In this document: in pieces, positions 24,969 through 36,596 of the stretch | How positions within the stretch are numbered: the stretch's first letter is position 1 | Layout: each line of letters begins with the position of its first letter | Source of the DNA: Dipteris shenzhenensis | Lineage: Eukaryota | Assembly: GCA_047967505.1 (NCBI GenBank) | Contig: CM106538.1 | Reading direction: 5' to 3' (one strand) | Length of the DNA: 64,000 bases | Program-made: the position numbers and the translations under genes | The notes under the pieces: generated by a model | What the model saw: only the letters and a program-made list of their open reading frames with translations | The model's database searches: none | Told to the model about the DNA's origin: nothing

Positions 24969-25380
24969 TACGTTGTATCTAGTTTATAGTGAGATATGAA
25001 AAGACGGAAGTTCTAGGACCAGGCGGAGAACTGAATAGGCACGGCAACCGTCACGGCAACCGTGAAGGAGTTATGTGTGCCGGTTAGATAAAAGAGAAGA
25101 GAGCGATCATTCAGGGGGCTCATTGATGAGGATCGGAGCAAGGATCAGTGTGATCAGAAGAGGAACATTGTTATGTATCAGAGAGTACGGTGTTGTACTG
25201 CTCGGAGAAGTGTAATACAGATATTCTATTGCATCTATCTTATTGTTTTATCATGAATGATTCTGTCGATCACTGTTCTACTCTATGAATTTTCATACGC
25301 AGTTCTGAAGTTCGATTACGCATGTAAATCTGTCGCAGTAGTGCGTTTCGAGTTAGTCTTCAGAGTAGAGAGGGCTAACA
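24902..25380 (+). repeat. 3' LTR (479 bp)
   Basis: Identical by eye to 21177-21655 and followed by the TSD ATCCA. Confidence 0.97.
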
Positions 25381-26230
25381 ATCCACTTCTAAAATATCAT
25401 CTATACATAACCTCAATGTAGAGGTTTTTTGAGCGACAACCCTAGCCTTTTGATTCATCATACAAAACGTTCTCTTTTTAATGTAGATTGAATTCTTGCT
25501 TGGGATCAAATCCTCACTGGAATCCTGTATTCCATCAACCTTGTCTAGTTAATACATGTTATCAACCATGTGTTCGTCGTCTAGCAATGGTATTCTATCT
25601 TCAAATGAGATTCTATTGATAGGCCACCTCAACAAATTGACACAATTTAGATCATCACTCAGAGTTGATGATGCATCGGCATTGTATGTCCTAACCACCA
25701 CTACACCCACATCAAGGTCTCCTAGTAGTTCAAAATCAATAGCCTCATTGAGTAAGCCAAAAGGATGATCCCTATGCCAAGGTGTTGTGTTTTTCCCTCT
25801 AACCATAGTACCACTCTCCTTTCTCTCCAACTATCACATACACTAATGCAATCATAATCCTTAAGCATCTCCTCACATTGAATTATTGTCCCACCATAAT
25901 TTCTTAGGTCAGTTCTTCCATTTTCAAGGTACAAAGCATTGTGTTCTGCTCGCTCCTCATTGTGCACCATCTTCATTATATTTTTACTAGTCCACTTGAC
26001 AAAACTACCAACATCATCACAAACTTTGCATGTATCATCAGTTTGGAATGGCAAAAGTGCACTACTATTGAGACATTTTTCCACTAACACCGATAGGCAC
26101 CCAACACCGAGAAGCTTTCCATGGCATGTGTCAAATGTATTTATTGCATGTACCTTCCCCATAGCCACAACTTCAAGGTTAGCCATCAAGTTGACAATAT
26201 CTTTGCACTAGATTTCTACACCCATGCATC
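25381..26230 (-). pseudogene. Degraded transposon-associated coding region (Tnp1/En-Spm-like accessory domain), probably upstream part of the Sola-like element
   Basis: VVAMGKV....CHGKLLG.GCLSVLVE......LLP...D.......VGSFVKW (25722-26189). The TSD of the LTR insertion shows it was contiguous with 21176. Confidence 0.45.
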
Positions 26231-26320
26231 TAAAAGATAAAATGAGAGCTCATAGTTAGTAAATTAAATTTGAAATAACAAACTCTACCACATGGTAGTA
26301 TCTCTCCCACTCCCCCATAC

Positions 26321-26324
<4 letters not shown>

Positions 26325-26381
<57 letters not shown>
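26325..26381. repeat. (CT)n microsatellite
   Basis: Pure CT run. Confidence 0.95.
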
Positions 26382-26384
<3 letters not shown>

Positions 26385-26464
26385 ATGGTATATCACCCTA
26401 TCAAAGTTTTGTTCATATGGACAAATATGACTAGAAGGTGTAAACATAACCATAAAACATTAGA

Positions 26465-27660
26465 GAAGTTTTAACCATGTGGCTAAAACTTTTTCAAAGC
26501 AAGATGGCATCCAAAACAAGCAAGGAGAAGTTTTGATCTTCTCGCCAGGTATGTATGAGGGAACAATGGTGTCCACACAAAGATTTGACCTTGTGTCCAA
26601 ATCTTTATGATTGCAAGATGGTGTCCACACAAAAAAAAATCCAAGAAAAGTTTTGACCTTGTGGTCAAATCAAGGGAGTTTCCAAACAAAACATTGAGAA
26701 GAGTGCCTACACCCGTAGAGGCAGACTACGCTTGTCTACATGATCAAAAATCATATGGAGTGCGTTCAAATATATTTGAGTGTCTACATATGTATTTATA
26801 TGTATGAGTTTGAGTGCATGTGGAAAAGTTTGACCTTATGGCCAAATCTTATGAACAAGTTGAGGAAAAGATTTGATTGTGTGACAAAATCTTTATAAGA
26901 CAAAAGTCTTTCTAGTAAGATAATCTTTGGGAGTTTGTTTCCCTTAGAAGTTTTGGCCACAAGGTCTAAACTTTTTCAACATCTTGTTTTTGAGGTCATC
27001 CCCCAAGGACGGTTTGAAAATCCTCACAAAGTTTTGACCTTGTGGCCAAATCTTTGTGAGTTGTCAAATCCTAATCTTCAGTGGTGTTCTAAACAAGAAT
27101 TGGAAACATTTTGAGCTTGTGACCAAATCTTATGAGCCAAATATCTATGGAGAATAAGTTCTGACCTTCATGAGGTCAAGAGGCTTGTCTACGCAATAAA
27201 AAAGCATATGGAAGGTTTGACCAGGTGGTCAAATCGTTTTGAATGTCAATGTATGTATTTATATATGTGCATGTGAGGGCATGTGGAAAAGTTTTGACAT
27301 TATGGCAAAATATTATGAACAAGTTGAGGAAAAGCTTTAAACCTGTGACAAAATCTTCATGAGACAAAAGTTATTCTAGTGAGATAATCATTGTAAGTTC
27401 GTGGAAAGTTTTTGCCACAAGGTCTACACTTTTTCAACATCTTGTTCTTGAGGGCATCCCCCAAGGATGGTTTGGAAACCCTCACAAAGTTTTGACCTTG
27501 TGGCCAAATATTTGTGAGTTGTCCAAACCTAATCTTGAGTGGTGTTCTAAACAAGAATTGGAAACGTTTTGAGCTTCTGGCTAAATCTAATGAGCCCACG
27601 CAATCAAAAAGCATGTGGAAGTTTTGACTAGGTAGTCAAATCTATTTGAGTGTCTACATA
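26465..27660. repeat. Cluster of TTTGACCTTGTGGCCAAAT-type motifs with a ~463-bp higher-order duplication
   Basis: More than 15 degenerate motif copies. Block 26814-27140 is repeated at 27277-27600, and inverted copies occur at ~29110-29185. Confidence 0.75.
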
Positions 27661-29359
27661 TGTATGTAATATAATTTTTACATCTAAGTATACACTCTGT
27701 TTTATATCCAACTAAATTTTATATATATGTTTAGATCTATAGATTCTATTTGTATGTTCTATTTGTATGTTTATATGTTTAAATTTATAGATTCTATTTG
27801 ACTATATATTTAAAAAGGTATATGCATTTGTACTTAGATGAGTTTCTTTATGTATACATTAATGTATATCTAAATGCATGTAATGAATTATATACATATT
27901 TTTGACATATCGAAACATCTAACTACTTATGTTTATTTTATAAAAAGAACTTAATAAAATCAAGAAAAAAATCTTTTTAAAAAAAATTATATAAGAAAAG
28001 CATGTACCAGGTTCCTCATGATGAAATCAAACATATATTAATAATCAATAGGCTCAGTCTCAATAGACAGACCAATACAGGCCTTTTGATTTTTAACATA
28101 TGTTTGATTCCATCTGAAATTTTTTTTGTATAATCCCCCCTCTCTTAATAATCGGGCATGTTCTATTAAAAAGAAAAAAAGTTGAACTGCATTCAAGTGG
28201 CCTACCATGAAGGGATTTTTTGCTTTAAAAAGAGAATTCGCAATAGGAAAGAGGAAAAAACGGAGAAAAAGTTGGAACAACATTAAAAATACTCCCAAAA
28301 GAATGTTGTCAAATGAAAAAGGGAAATGGGGAAAATGTTTGTCATTTTTATATATGCACATAAGAATTTTGGTCCAATGACAAGGTGATGAATTTTGTCA
28401 TTTTTATATATACACATAGGATCGCTATTCTTTAGAAAAGGGAGGGCTACCTGCCTGTTGGTTTGTTATAGGGAGGTAAGACCCTGCCTACCCTAAAAAT
28501 AAAAAAGTTAAATTTTTTACTTTGCCTACCTAAAGGGCAAGCATTAAAAAATTAGGAACCCTACCTTTGCTTTTGTAGGTTGCTTGTCATCGTGAGTAAC
28601 TATGGAGCTGCTCATCGCCCTTGCTCATTGCCACAAATCAAATCATTTCTTCGATCCTCGCCTAGCTCGTCTCTACAACAAATCATTCATCACCTCAATC
28701 GCCGCAGCAAATCACTCCTCATCTGTGCAGCTAGGATCATCCACACATCGCCCTCACTTGTCCATGACTCATCACCCATTTGCAACAACAGATCGTCCTT
28801 GCCAAGGCCTTTGTTTCATCTGCATCCAAGCAGTAGCAGTGGCAACGCATCATTTCCCATCCCATCTCACAAGGATTGCAAGCGTAAATAGGAATGTTTT
28901 CAATATCTGGCATCATCCCGATTCTCTTCCTCTGGTCATTATGTAGATGCTTCCATTTCGACAATTTCCTATTTCCCTTCACATTGAATATTGGAAAGAG
29001 AGCTTCAAGATCGCCTGAGTTAGGTAGCTTCCGGAGTCAATCTTGCAAGGATTGGTGACCCTCTCTACTAGTTTCCAAGAAGATCTTGCAAATTTACACC
29101 ATAGGGACAAAGTTTTGGCCACAAGCTCAAAACTCTATGCTTGCATCTTGCCACCAAAAGTTTTGGTCACAAGGCCAAAACTTTTCCATAACATTATGCC
29201 ACCAACTGGTTTGGATTCAGGATATGATGCATAGAAACAAGTTATACACTTTGCAAAGCCCCTTGATTTGATGCTCCCAGATTTTTCATTTCATGGAGTG
29301 AGAAGTTTAGAAAAAATGCAAATTAAGTCACTCGAACAATTATAGAAAGGAGTAAAGAT

Positions 29360-29800
29360 GGAGGGTGGACTATATATTTATGAACAATACTTCCCATTTG
29401 GATCTGACAAAGAGTTTTGAATCCTAGTTGACAGGTGTTCAAAAGCACCACCACTATATGCATACATGACACTTTGTTGGGAGTACATAAAGAAGTTGGA
29501 GGTGGCTTTTCAAAGGAATCCAATGAACCCAACAAATGTGGCATATGTCATGCCATTTGTAAAGCAAGGTGATGTAGCTCGGCCCATAAAGAAGGAAGAA
29601 GTGGAATCCAACAAGTTGGATACATACAACTATTGGATTATATCAGGATTGCATTCTATCACAGCTACAAAGTTGTATATTAAGGAGATGTCTCCACCTT
29701 TTCTTTAAACAAAGCACCTGTATGCATTTAAAAATTCAAGAATTCTTGTTGATTTCCATGCGGAAAAGTGCATTGAGCCATCATGGATGACAAATATGGA
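29360..29800 (+). pseudogene. Degraded ORF with a ParB/sulfiredoxin-like signature
   Basis: YNYWIISGLHSITATKL resembles the Y.IxxGxH(R/S)xxA motif, preceded by L..EYIKKL...F. Contains in-frame stops. Confidence 0.3.
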
Positions 29801-30215
29801 ATCACACCAGGTGATGAAGAATGCTCCTTACCTTGAGCAGATCCAACAATTGAGAGATCAAAGGATAGCATTTGGGTCTCCATCGAAACGACAATCAAAA
29901 GAACATTCCATTGCAGCAGCCATGGGAGGTAATGGTTTTTCATCTTCTATAGGTTTCGCTACAAGTTCAAATCTTCTTGTATATTGCTTGTATTAACACC
30001 AATTTTTTCTTGTGCAGAGATTTGTACAATAAGTGGGAGAGAAATTTGCACAAAAAGATAGCCATATGGTGATTAGACCGAAGGATACATTTGATGGCTG
30101 GGTTGACACTATGAGAACGGTATGCTAGACTTGATCTCCCATTGCAAGATAAGAAGTTAGGAAAGAAGGGGAGACAACCATCGTCATACATATTTCATTG
30201 TCTAATGGACCTTGT

Positions 30216-30519
30216 ACCCGGGGGAGTCACTCTTTATTAAAACCATATAGCACGTGCGAGCAAGCATGTATTAAAAATACCCCTGTTTTTTAATTTTTAC
30301 ATTTTTTCATGTAATTGATTAACCCCCTTTTGCATGTATACATTTTTTCATCTTAAAATTTAGACACCCCTCCATAAATATACACATATGAATTTCACTA
30401 AGTCCCTATTTTATAAATTCCCTCATGTATGTAAACGGCATGTAAGTCCCCCTATTAATAAAATACCCCTCTGTGCATTGACGCACTATGTTACATGTTT
30501 ATGAGTGACCCCCTCGGGT
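30216..30519. mobile_element. MITE, 304 bp, 17-bp TIR, 4-bp TSD TTGT
   Basis: ACCCGGGGGAGTCACTC...GAGTGACCCCCTCGGGT (2 mismatches). TTGT at 30212-30215 and 30520-30523. AT-rich interior with repeated CCCC tracts. Confidence 0.85.
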
Positions 30520-31957
30520 TTGTTCTAAACACTAGTTTTTGCATGTAAGCTCACATGCAAATGTAAATGCACTACTTTTCTCCATTTAATTTGTAAGATG
30601 TGAAAAGAAACTAATTGTTTTAGTACTTTAGTTTATGGTTTATATCTTCTAAATGAGAAAAATCTATATTGGGAAATCTGGGAATTCTAAAATGGGACTT
30701 GGGAGATTTCCAAATTTCCGAATATGGTGTTCAATGCAAACCACGAATGAGCACACAGCTCAGATTGCAACCAGAGTGATTTGCATAAGGAGTACCAAAA
30801 ATCACAGCCCCAGGGCAATGATCGCTAGTGAAAATAGAACCTGAGATGCCTCAAAACATGTGCATCACTGCATAATCAGACTCAACAAGACAATCTACAA
30901 ATATCTCTTGTCTGCTGGAACTTCAAAATCCCAACCGATGAAAGGGAAATGGGGAGTCAACCCTTGCAATTGACCTATAATCCAAAAATCAAAGGTTTGA
31001 ACCTTTGAATGGATTTTTGACAGTGAAACAGACAATTTGACACCTCAGAGAGATGAAACTTCTCTAAATCTCCATGGGATTACACAAAAGTTGGTGAGTA
31101 GGGGTTTTTGGGCCTTTAGAATGCAATGGAACAGACAGTTTTAGAAACCGTGTTCCCATTCCCAATTACCGGGTCCAACACATGGACTAAAAAACTTTTT
31201 TGCAAATAGACCTATTTGTAAACACCACCAAAATGCAAATAATGAGTAACACATAAGTTTTAAGACCTCCTAAGTCCACCAAAACTGATAGATCTGGGAA
31301 TGTTTGCTTCAAACTCAAGTTCCAACACATTGGTATAAAAACGTTGAAGTAGAGAGAGTGAGTTAGAAATCCAACAAAATAATCCCAAATTCAAGAATGA
31401 AGGAGTTTTTGAACTTCCAAAGTACAATGGACACCAAGATCAAGAAATGGTTGCCTCTGCAATTCATTGCGGACTCTCACTCATCGAAAGGTTTCTCTAA
31501 AGGTAGTTGCACACTAGGATGTAGGTAAAGTCACCCAATGCAACTTCTCCTTCCTCCTACATAGCTGCAACTGTAGCAAACTTCAGGCTCCATGCTCATA
31601 TCTGGGCTCAACTAGAACACTCGTGCTTCGATACCAGTTGAGAGATCTCAACAATGGAAGTAGAACAGAAGAAGGTGAGAGAGAGGGAGATCTAGAAGAG
31701 AGATTCACACAAGTTTTGGTGGCTGTGGAACACCCTAATCTTCTATGTCATCCCATGTATATATGTGTTTGAGTATTGTACATAATTGGGCCTAAGGTAC
31801 AATGGCCTTTAACCCCCACAAGAACTACACTTAGAACAATGCATTGCTGAAAGGAAGAGCTAAGGTCTACAAAGTGCTTGAGACATTCCTATTACTATTG
31901 TGATACTAAAGTTGGGTTACTTCTTTATCCCTTAACAAGCCTAACCCCTTCCCAAGG

Positions 31958-31989
<32 letters not shown>

Positions 31990-32245
31990 GCTCGAGGGGT
32001 TCACCTAAAAAAATTTAGTGTACCACTTGCATTCAAAAGGAGGGGTATTTTAATCAAACTTTTTGGAAAACTTTAATAGAATTATAATCATGAGGAGGGA
32101 TTTTTTAATTCAATTTTTGAAAAAACTCAGTTCATAAGTACATAGGAGTGTTTTTATTCTGGGAGAATTTTTAGTTGAGGGGTTTTTTAAATACCCTTTG
32201 AACCCACATGATACAAAGGGTTTCTTAGTACTGCACCCCTCGAGT
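31990..32245 (+). mobile_element. MITE, ~256 bp, inserted in a (CT)n tract
   Basis: CTCGAGGGGT...ACCCCTCGAG termini, flanked by CTCT on both sides. Homologous to 20495-20750. Confidence 0.85.
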
Positions 32246-33004
32246 CTCTCTCTCTCTCTCTCTCTCTCATTCTCTCATAACACTCTATTGGATTAATAGA
32301 AAGCTCCATGTGCCGAGTGCGATAAATTATCATGGGAAGTCTCTCTATTTGCAAAAATGACTTTGGACAAGTGCAATGAATTAACATGGGGAGTCTCTCT
32401 AAAGGTACCAAAATGATTTTTGTACAATGTTTCCAAAAAATTTTGCTTATGTAAGAGAAAACCCTTTCAAAACCAACCATATATATTGCTAGAAAACTTG
32501 GGAAAAACAAGAGGTGTTTCATAATTGCCTTAGACTTAGTATTTTAAAATAAGAACCTTTAGATTAGGAGAAGGCCTTGCCTAGTATTTGAAAATAAGAA
32601 AATGAAACTTTAAGTAAGAATCAAGCTCGCATTAGGAGAGAAAGCCAAGGAAAGTTCAAAGCTTGTATTTACACTCAACAATAAAAAGTCAAAAAAATGT
32701 TCAACCAGTAAGCATGATTTATTACATGGTCTTCAAGAATCCAAGTCAACAAAGAAGTGAGGTTGCACAAGCCCAACCCTTGTAATGAGAGGAGGTTCAT
32801 GTGTGAGTGGAAACCAAAAATTGCCTCAAAGTTGTAAGAGGTGTTACGTTAGTGTCATTGTTGAGAGGAAAAGGTGATCACTTTGAATCTAAATATCACT
32901 ACATAATGTTGTTGGTCCCAAACTTTGTGCCTAGTGTGAGGAAATTCTTGGACTCTATAGAATTCTCTCCTCAAATTTTGGCACTGTTGGAGGAGTACAT
33001 GTGT

Positions 33005-34588
33005 AAATAAGAGTGCACAAGTGTGCATGGGCACTACATCCTAATTTATGGGCTAAAGCATAGAGAAAAGCATTCATCATATAAAGCATCCAATGCCAAA
33101 ATTGAGGCAATCTTGATTTGTTAATTTAAAAAATTACATTTGAAATTCACAAATGATCAGAATCCAATTCTCCACTATAGCACCCTCTCTAAGGGGGCAG
33201 TGCTAAACAAAGGGTTTCTCTCTACTTTCTCTGCCAGTGGTAGATTCCACTGGAGTGGGAATGCACCCTTAGAGTCTTAACCCAAATAATTGGCTTTTCA
33301 CATTAGGGAGGGAAGTCAATGACTAAAATTCAAAGAAATGCATTGACGGATAAGCTCAAGGGATTGCCAAAAAAGGTGCAGGAGGAAATAGGCAATTATA
33401 TAGGGAAATGTTGACGAAAGGGGGAGGGATGCACATGTGAGGACAAAGTTGTCATATTATCTTTATATTATAATAAAATGGAAAAAGTTGTCAATGACTA
33501 AAAGTCAATGGAGAGCGAAGTCAATGACTAAAAGTCAAAGAAATGATTTGACTGATAAGCCCCGATATGAAATAGGCAATATAAAGAAACATCGAGCAAA
33601 GGTGGAGGGACATGCATGTGAGTGACAAAGTTGTCTTTTTATCTAAATATTATAATGAAATGGACAAAGGAGAAGACTTCAAGGTCATTGTGTGTTTTGT
33701 GTTGCAATGAGGGCGAAGATGGTATTCCCTAGAGCATCATCCAACCTCATTATACGACATAACATTTAATAATATTGGCAGAGAGAGGGTAGACCTAAAG
33801 TATCGGCTATATTCGAGTCCATCGTATGTCTTCTGAATCTCATTATACGAAAAGGAATAGCCTAGAAGCAATGACAACCTATCTAGAAATTTGAAGTAGA
33901 GCAACAGAGGTACGGTACGATAGACAAGGGTGAGAAAATCGGAGCCTTCAACATAAGAAAGGAGTAGTAGAACATGAATTCTGTAGAGAACTTGAAGGAG
34001 GTGAGAACTACGGAATGAAGGTTAAGGTTAACATAGGGAAAGTGCCCAAGGAGGCATGTAGGTCGTCAGGAGCCTCTCACGCCCAACACGTTTTTTTGTT
34101 TTTAAGGGAGAAGGGATGGAGATGTATGGTGACAGGGGGGCATCCTCTTTGGTGGTGAAAGCAACCAGAGTGTCGTTTCTATTGGTTTAACAAGTTGATC
34201 TCCGTCCGAGTGTGGATCTAGACCATGATGATGAAGGAAAAGAGGGATGTGAAGGAGAGAAGGAGTTCTCGTATTCCCTAGAGGATCATCCAAGCTCATT
34301 ATATGACAAACATTTAATAAATATTGGCACATAGAGAGTAGACCTAAAGTCTAGCCCATATTCACGTCCATATTCGTATGGCTTCTCAATCTCACTATAC
34401 GACAAAGCATTAAGTGAATATTGGCAGAGATCGTGATTCACAAAGGAATACATTTTAACGACGACATCTTTAAAAAAAAAAAAAAATTTGAACAAGGAGT
34501 CCCTAGTAGGAGATATGCTCGTGGAGATAGGTCTCAGTCTTTAGGGTAGGCTCCTACTGCTTACGCAAGGTAGGCCACGGGTGCTTGC
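33005..34588 (+). mobile_element. ~1.6-kb dispersed element, copy 2, directly upstream of the P450 promoter
   Basis: Colinear with 17838-19497. Starts AAATAAGAGTGCACAAGTGTGCA and ends GGCCACGGGTGCTTGC. Confidence 0.75.
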
Positions 34589-34778
34589 CCCTTGAATTGG
34601 CTCATTTTTGTATATGGTCTTACTTTTGGGACTGACCATCCTCCTCTTTATACAAGCCGGCATGTTTATTTATTTTTTATTTTTTAAAAAGACATCTTAT
34701 TATATGCGCCTGTCCCTAAAGCCTCGCCCATTTTTGCGTCCATCGTACGTCTTGTTAATTTGAGTAGCTCCAAGTCTC

Positions 34779-34785
34779 TATAAAT
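34779..34785 (+). promoter_or_regulatory. Candidate TATA box of the P450 gene
   Basis: CTATAAAT lies ~120 bp upstream of ATG 34901. Confidence 0.5.
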
Positions 34786-34900
34786 TTGCAATCTGAATAT
34801 GGCTTTGATCATCAGTTCTCGTAGCTGAATCTATTGCATGATCGCTATAGTCATAGAGCAGCTCGGCCACTGATTGGTCAACTTCGATCCATCACAAACC

Positions 34901-35779
34901 ATGGAATCAATTCTTTGGAGCTCCCTTGCATCATACTATGTGCTCTCCCTTCCCGCATTTATCTTAGCCTTGGCTTGGTTATACTTCAATTACGTATCCC
35001 GCCAACGGCTTCCTCCTAGTCCTCTTTGCCTGCCCGTCATCGGTCACCTGCACCTCCTAAGCTCCATCCCTCATCAATCACTTGACAACCTCTCGCAAAA
35101 ATATGGTCCGATCTTGTTTCTCAGGTTGGGGAGTAGAGCTACTGTTGTGGTTTCTTCCGCTGCCCTCGCCAAGGAATTTCTTCATGTTCATGACGAGGAG
35201 TTTGCGAATAGGCCTCGTCTAGAGATCGGTAACCGTGTCTTCTACGGAAGTCAAGCTTCCGCTTTCATGGAATACACTGCAAAATGGCGGGATATTCGCA
35301 AGTTGTATGTGCAAGAGATCTTGTCCGCCAAAAGCACACGACTGTACAAGAACTTGAGAGACGAAGAAATTTCTTCCCTTCTGCAGGCAGTCGAAAAGGA
35401 GTGTGGTTCAGCTCTGCAGATTTCGACAAGCGCCTTCCGTTTCACTATGGACGTCATGACACGCACGTTGTTCAGCGAGAGGTCGGAGGGGCGACTCTCA
35501 TGTTTCGTAGACGTGCTAGCAGAGTTAAGCGAGCTGTTCGTGAAACCAATCATGGGAGATGTCATTCCTTATCTTAAGTGGCTCGACCCTGGTGGATACA
35601 AAAAGAAGATAGACGCTCTGGTCCGGCTTCTCGACGCAGTGCTGGAGGAAATTGTGAATAACCGCGTGCAGGAGATGGAGGATGGAGGAGCAACGCCTAA
35701 GGACTTGCTCACCTCTATGTTGGATTTCAACAAGAAAATCGATGCCTCGGACACGACTGCCGTGAAGGCAATGCTCTTG
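34901..35779 (+). CDS. Cytochrome P450 (clan 71 / A-type), exon 1
   Basis: MESILWSS, N-terminal TM helix, LPPSPLCLPVIGHLHLL hinge and WRDIRK C-helix. Ends AMLL|GTAAAT, a phase-0 donor at 35780 at the conserved A-type P450 intron position. Confidence 0.93.
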
Positions 35780-35984
35780 GTAAATCAGTCAACAATTGTC
35801 GTATTCTTCTTTAGCTCGAAGTTTTAATACGCCGCGATTCTGCCCACGAATTGTTAGGATCGATCGTCAACGTGTGCGCAGCGTTTACGCATTGCACGCG
35901 TGATTGCTTGTTTGAGTGCTCACTCATCGTTTGAACTTCGTTTGTTTTCCAGCACTTGTATTCAAAAGTGTGCAATTGACGCAG

Positions 35985-36596
35985 GAACTCGTGGCGGCCG
36001 GCACGAAAACGACAAGCACGTCAGTGGAATGGGCCATGGCTGAGCTCCTTCGAGCGCCGGAGAAGATGACGAAGCTCCAAGCGGAGCTGGATGCAGCAGT
36101 AGGATTAGAGAGGCAAGTGGAAGAGTCCGATTTTTCAAATCTATCATATCTGCACGCAGTGATGAAGGAGACATGGAGGCTGCATCCACCATTGCCCTTG
36201 CAACTTCCACACCAAGCCAAGCAAGCGACAGAGGTGGCAGGCTATGTGCTGCCTCCCAACACTAGGCTCATTGTGAACTTGTGGAGTATGGGTAGAGATA
36301 CCAACGTGTGGGACAAAGCTTCTCAGTTCATGCCTGAGAGGTTCTTGGGCAACGGCCAAGCTGCCCATATGGGAGTGTCCGGGCAAAGCTATGAATTGTT
36401 GCCATTTGGCACTGGTAGACGCTCTTGCCCCGGCATCCACCTTGGCAATGCCATGGCCACCCTTAGTGTGGCAAACCTCGTGCATAGCTTCCATTGGAAA
36501 CAAGCTTCATCGTTCTCTCTAGAAGAGTCACATGGCCTCACTGCAACTCTTGCAAATCCCCTTTGTGCCATCCCCACGCCTCGTCGCATTTTGTAA
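35985..36596 (+). CDS. Cytochrome P450 (clan 71 / A-type), exon 2; spliced protein ~496 aa
   Basis: Acceptor GCAG at 35981-35984 (205-bp intron). Motifs AAGTKTT (I-helix), KETWRLHPP (ExxR), MPERF and PFGTGRRSCPG (heme Cys). TAA at 36594-36596. Confidence 0.93.
   Translation, partial: ELVAAGTKTTSTSVEWAMAELLRAPEKMTKLQAELDAAVGLERQVEESDFSNLSYLHAVMKETWRLHPPLPLQLPHQAKQATEVAGYVLPPNTRLIVNLWSMGRDTNVWDKASQFMPERFLGNGQAAHMGVSGQSYELLPFGTGRRSCPGIHLGNAMATLSVANLVHSFHWKQASSFSLEESHGLTATLANPLCAIPTPRRIL

Larger units (their letters stand above)
21177..25380 (+). mobile_element. Young non-autonomous Ty3/Gypsy-derived LTR element encoding Gag+protease only (TR-GAG-like), 4204 bp
   Basis: 479-bp LTRs with TGTTA...TAACA ends, identical by eye. 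5-bp TSD ATCCA (21172-21176 and 25381-25385). PBS present, and a single uninterrupted ORF with no RT, RH or IN. Confidence 0.95.

Noticed and set aside
17838-34588. The two 1.6-kb repeats as LTRs of one ~17-kb retroelement
   Set aside because: No TG..CA ends, PBS, PPT or shared outer TSD, and the interior is unrelated TE debris.
34874-35984. ORF-track starts at 34874 and 35916 for the P450
   Set aside because: These use non-ATG starts or read through the intron. ATG 34901 with the GT-AG intron 35780-35984 gives a canonical protein.
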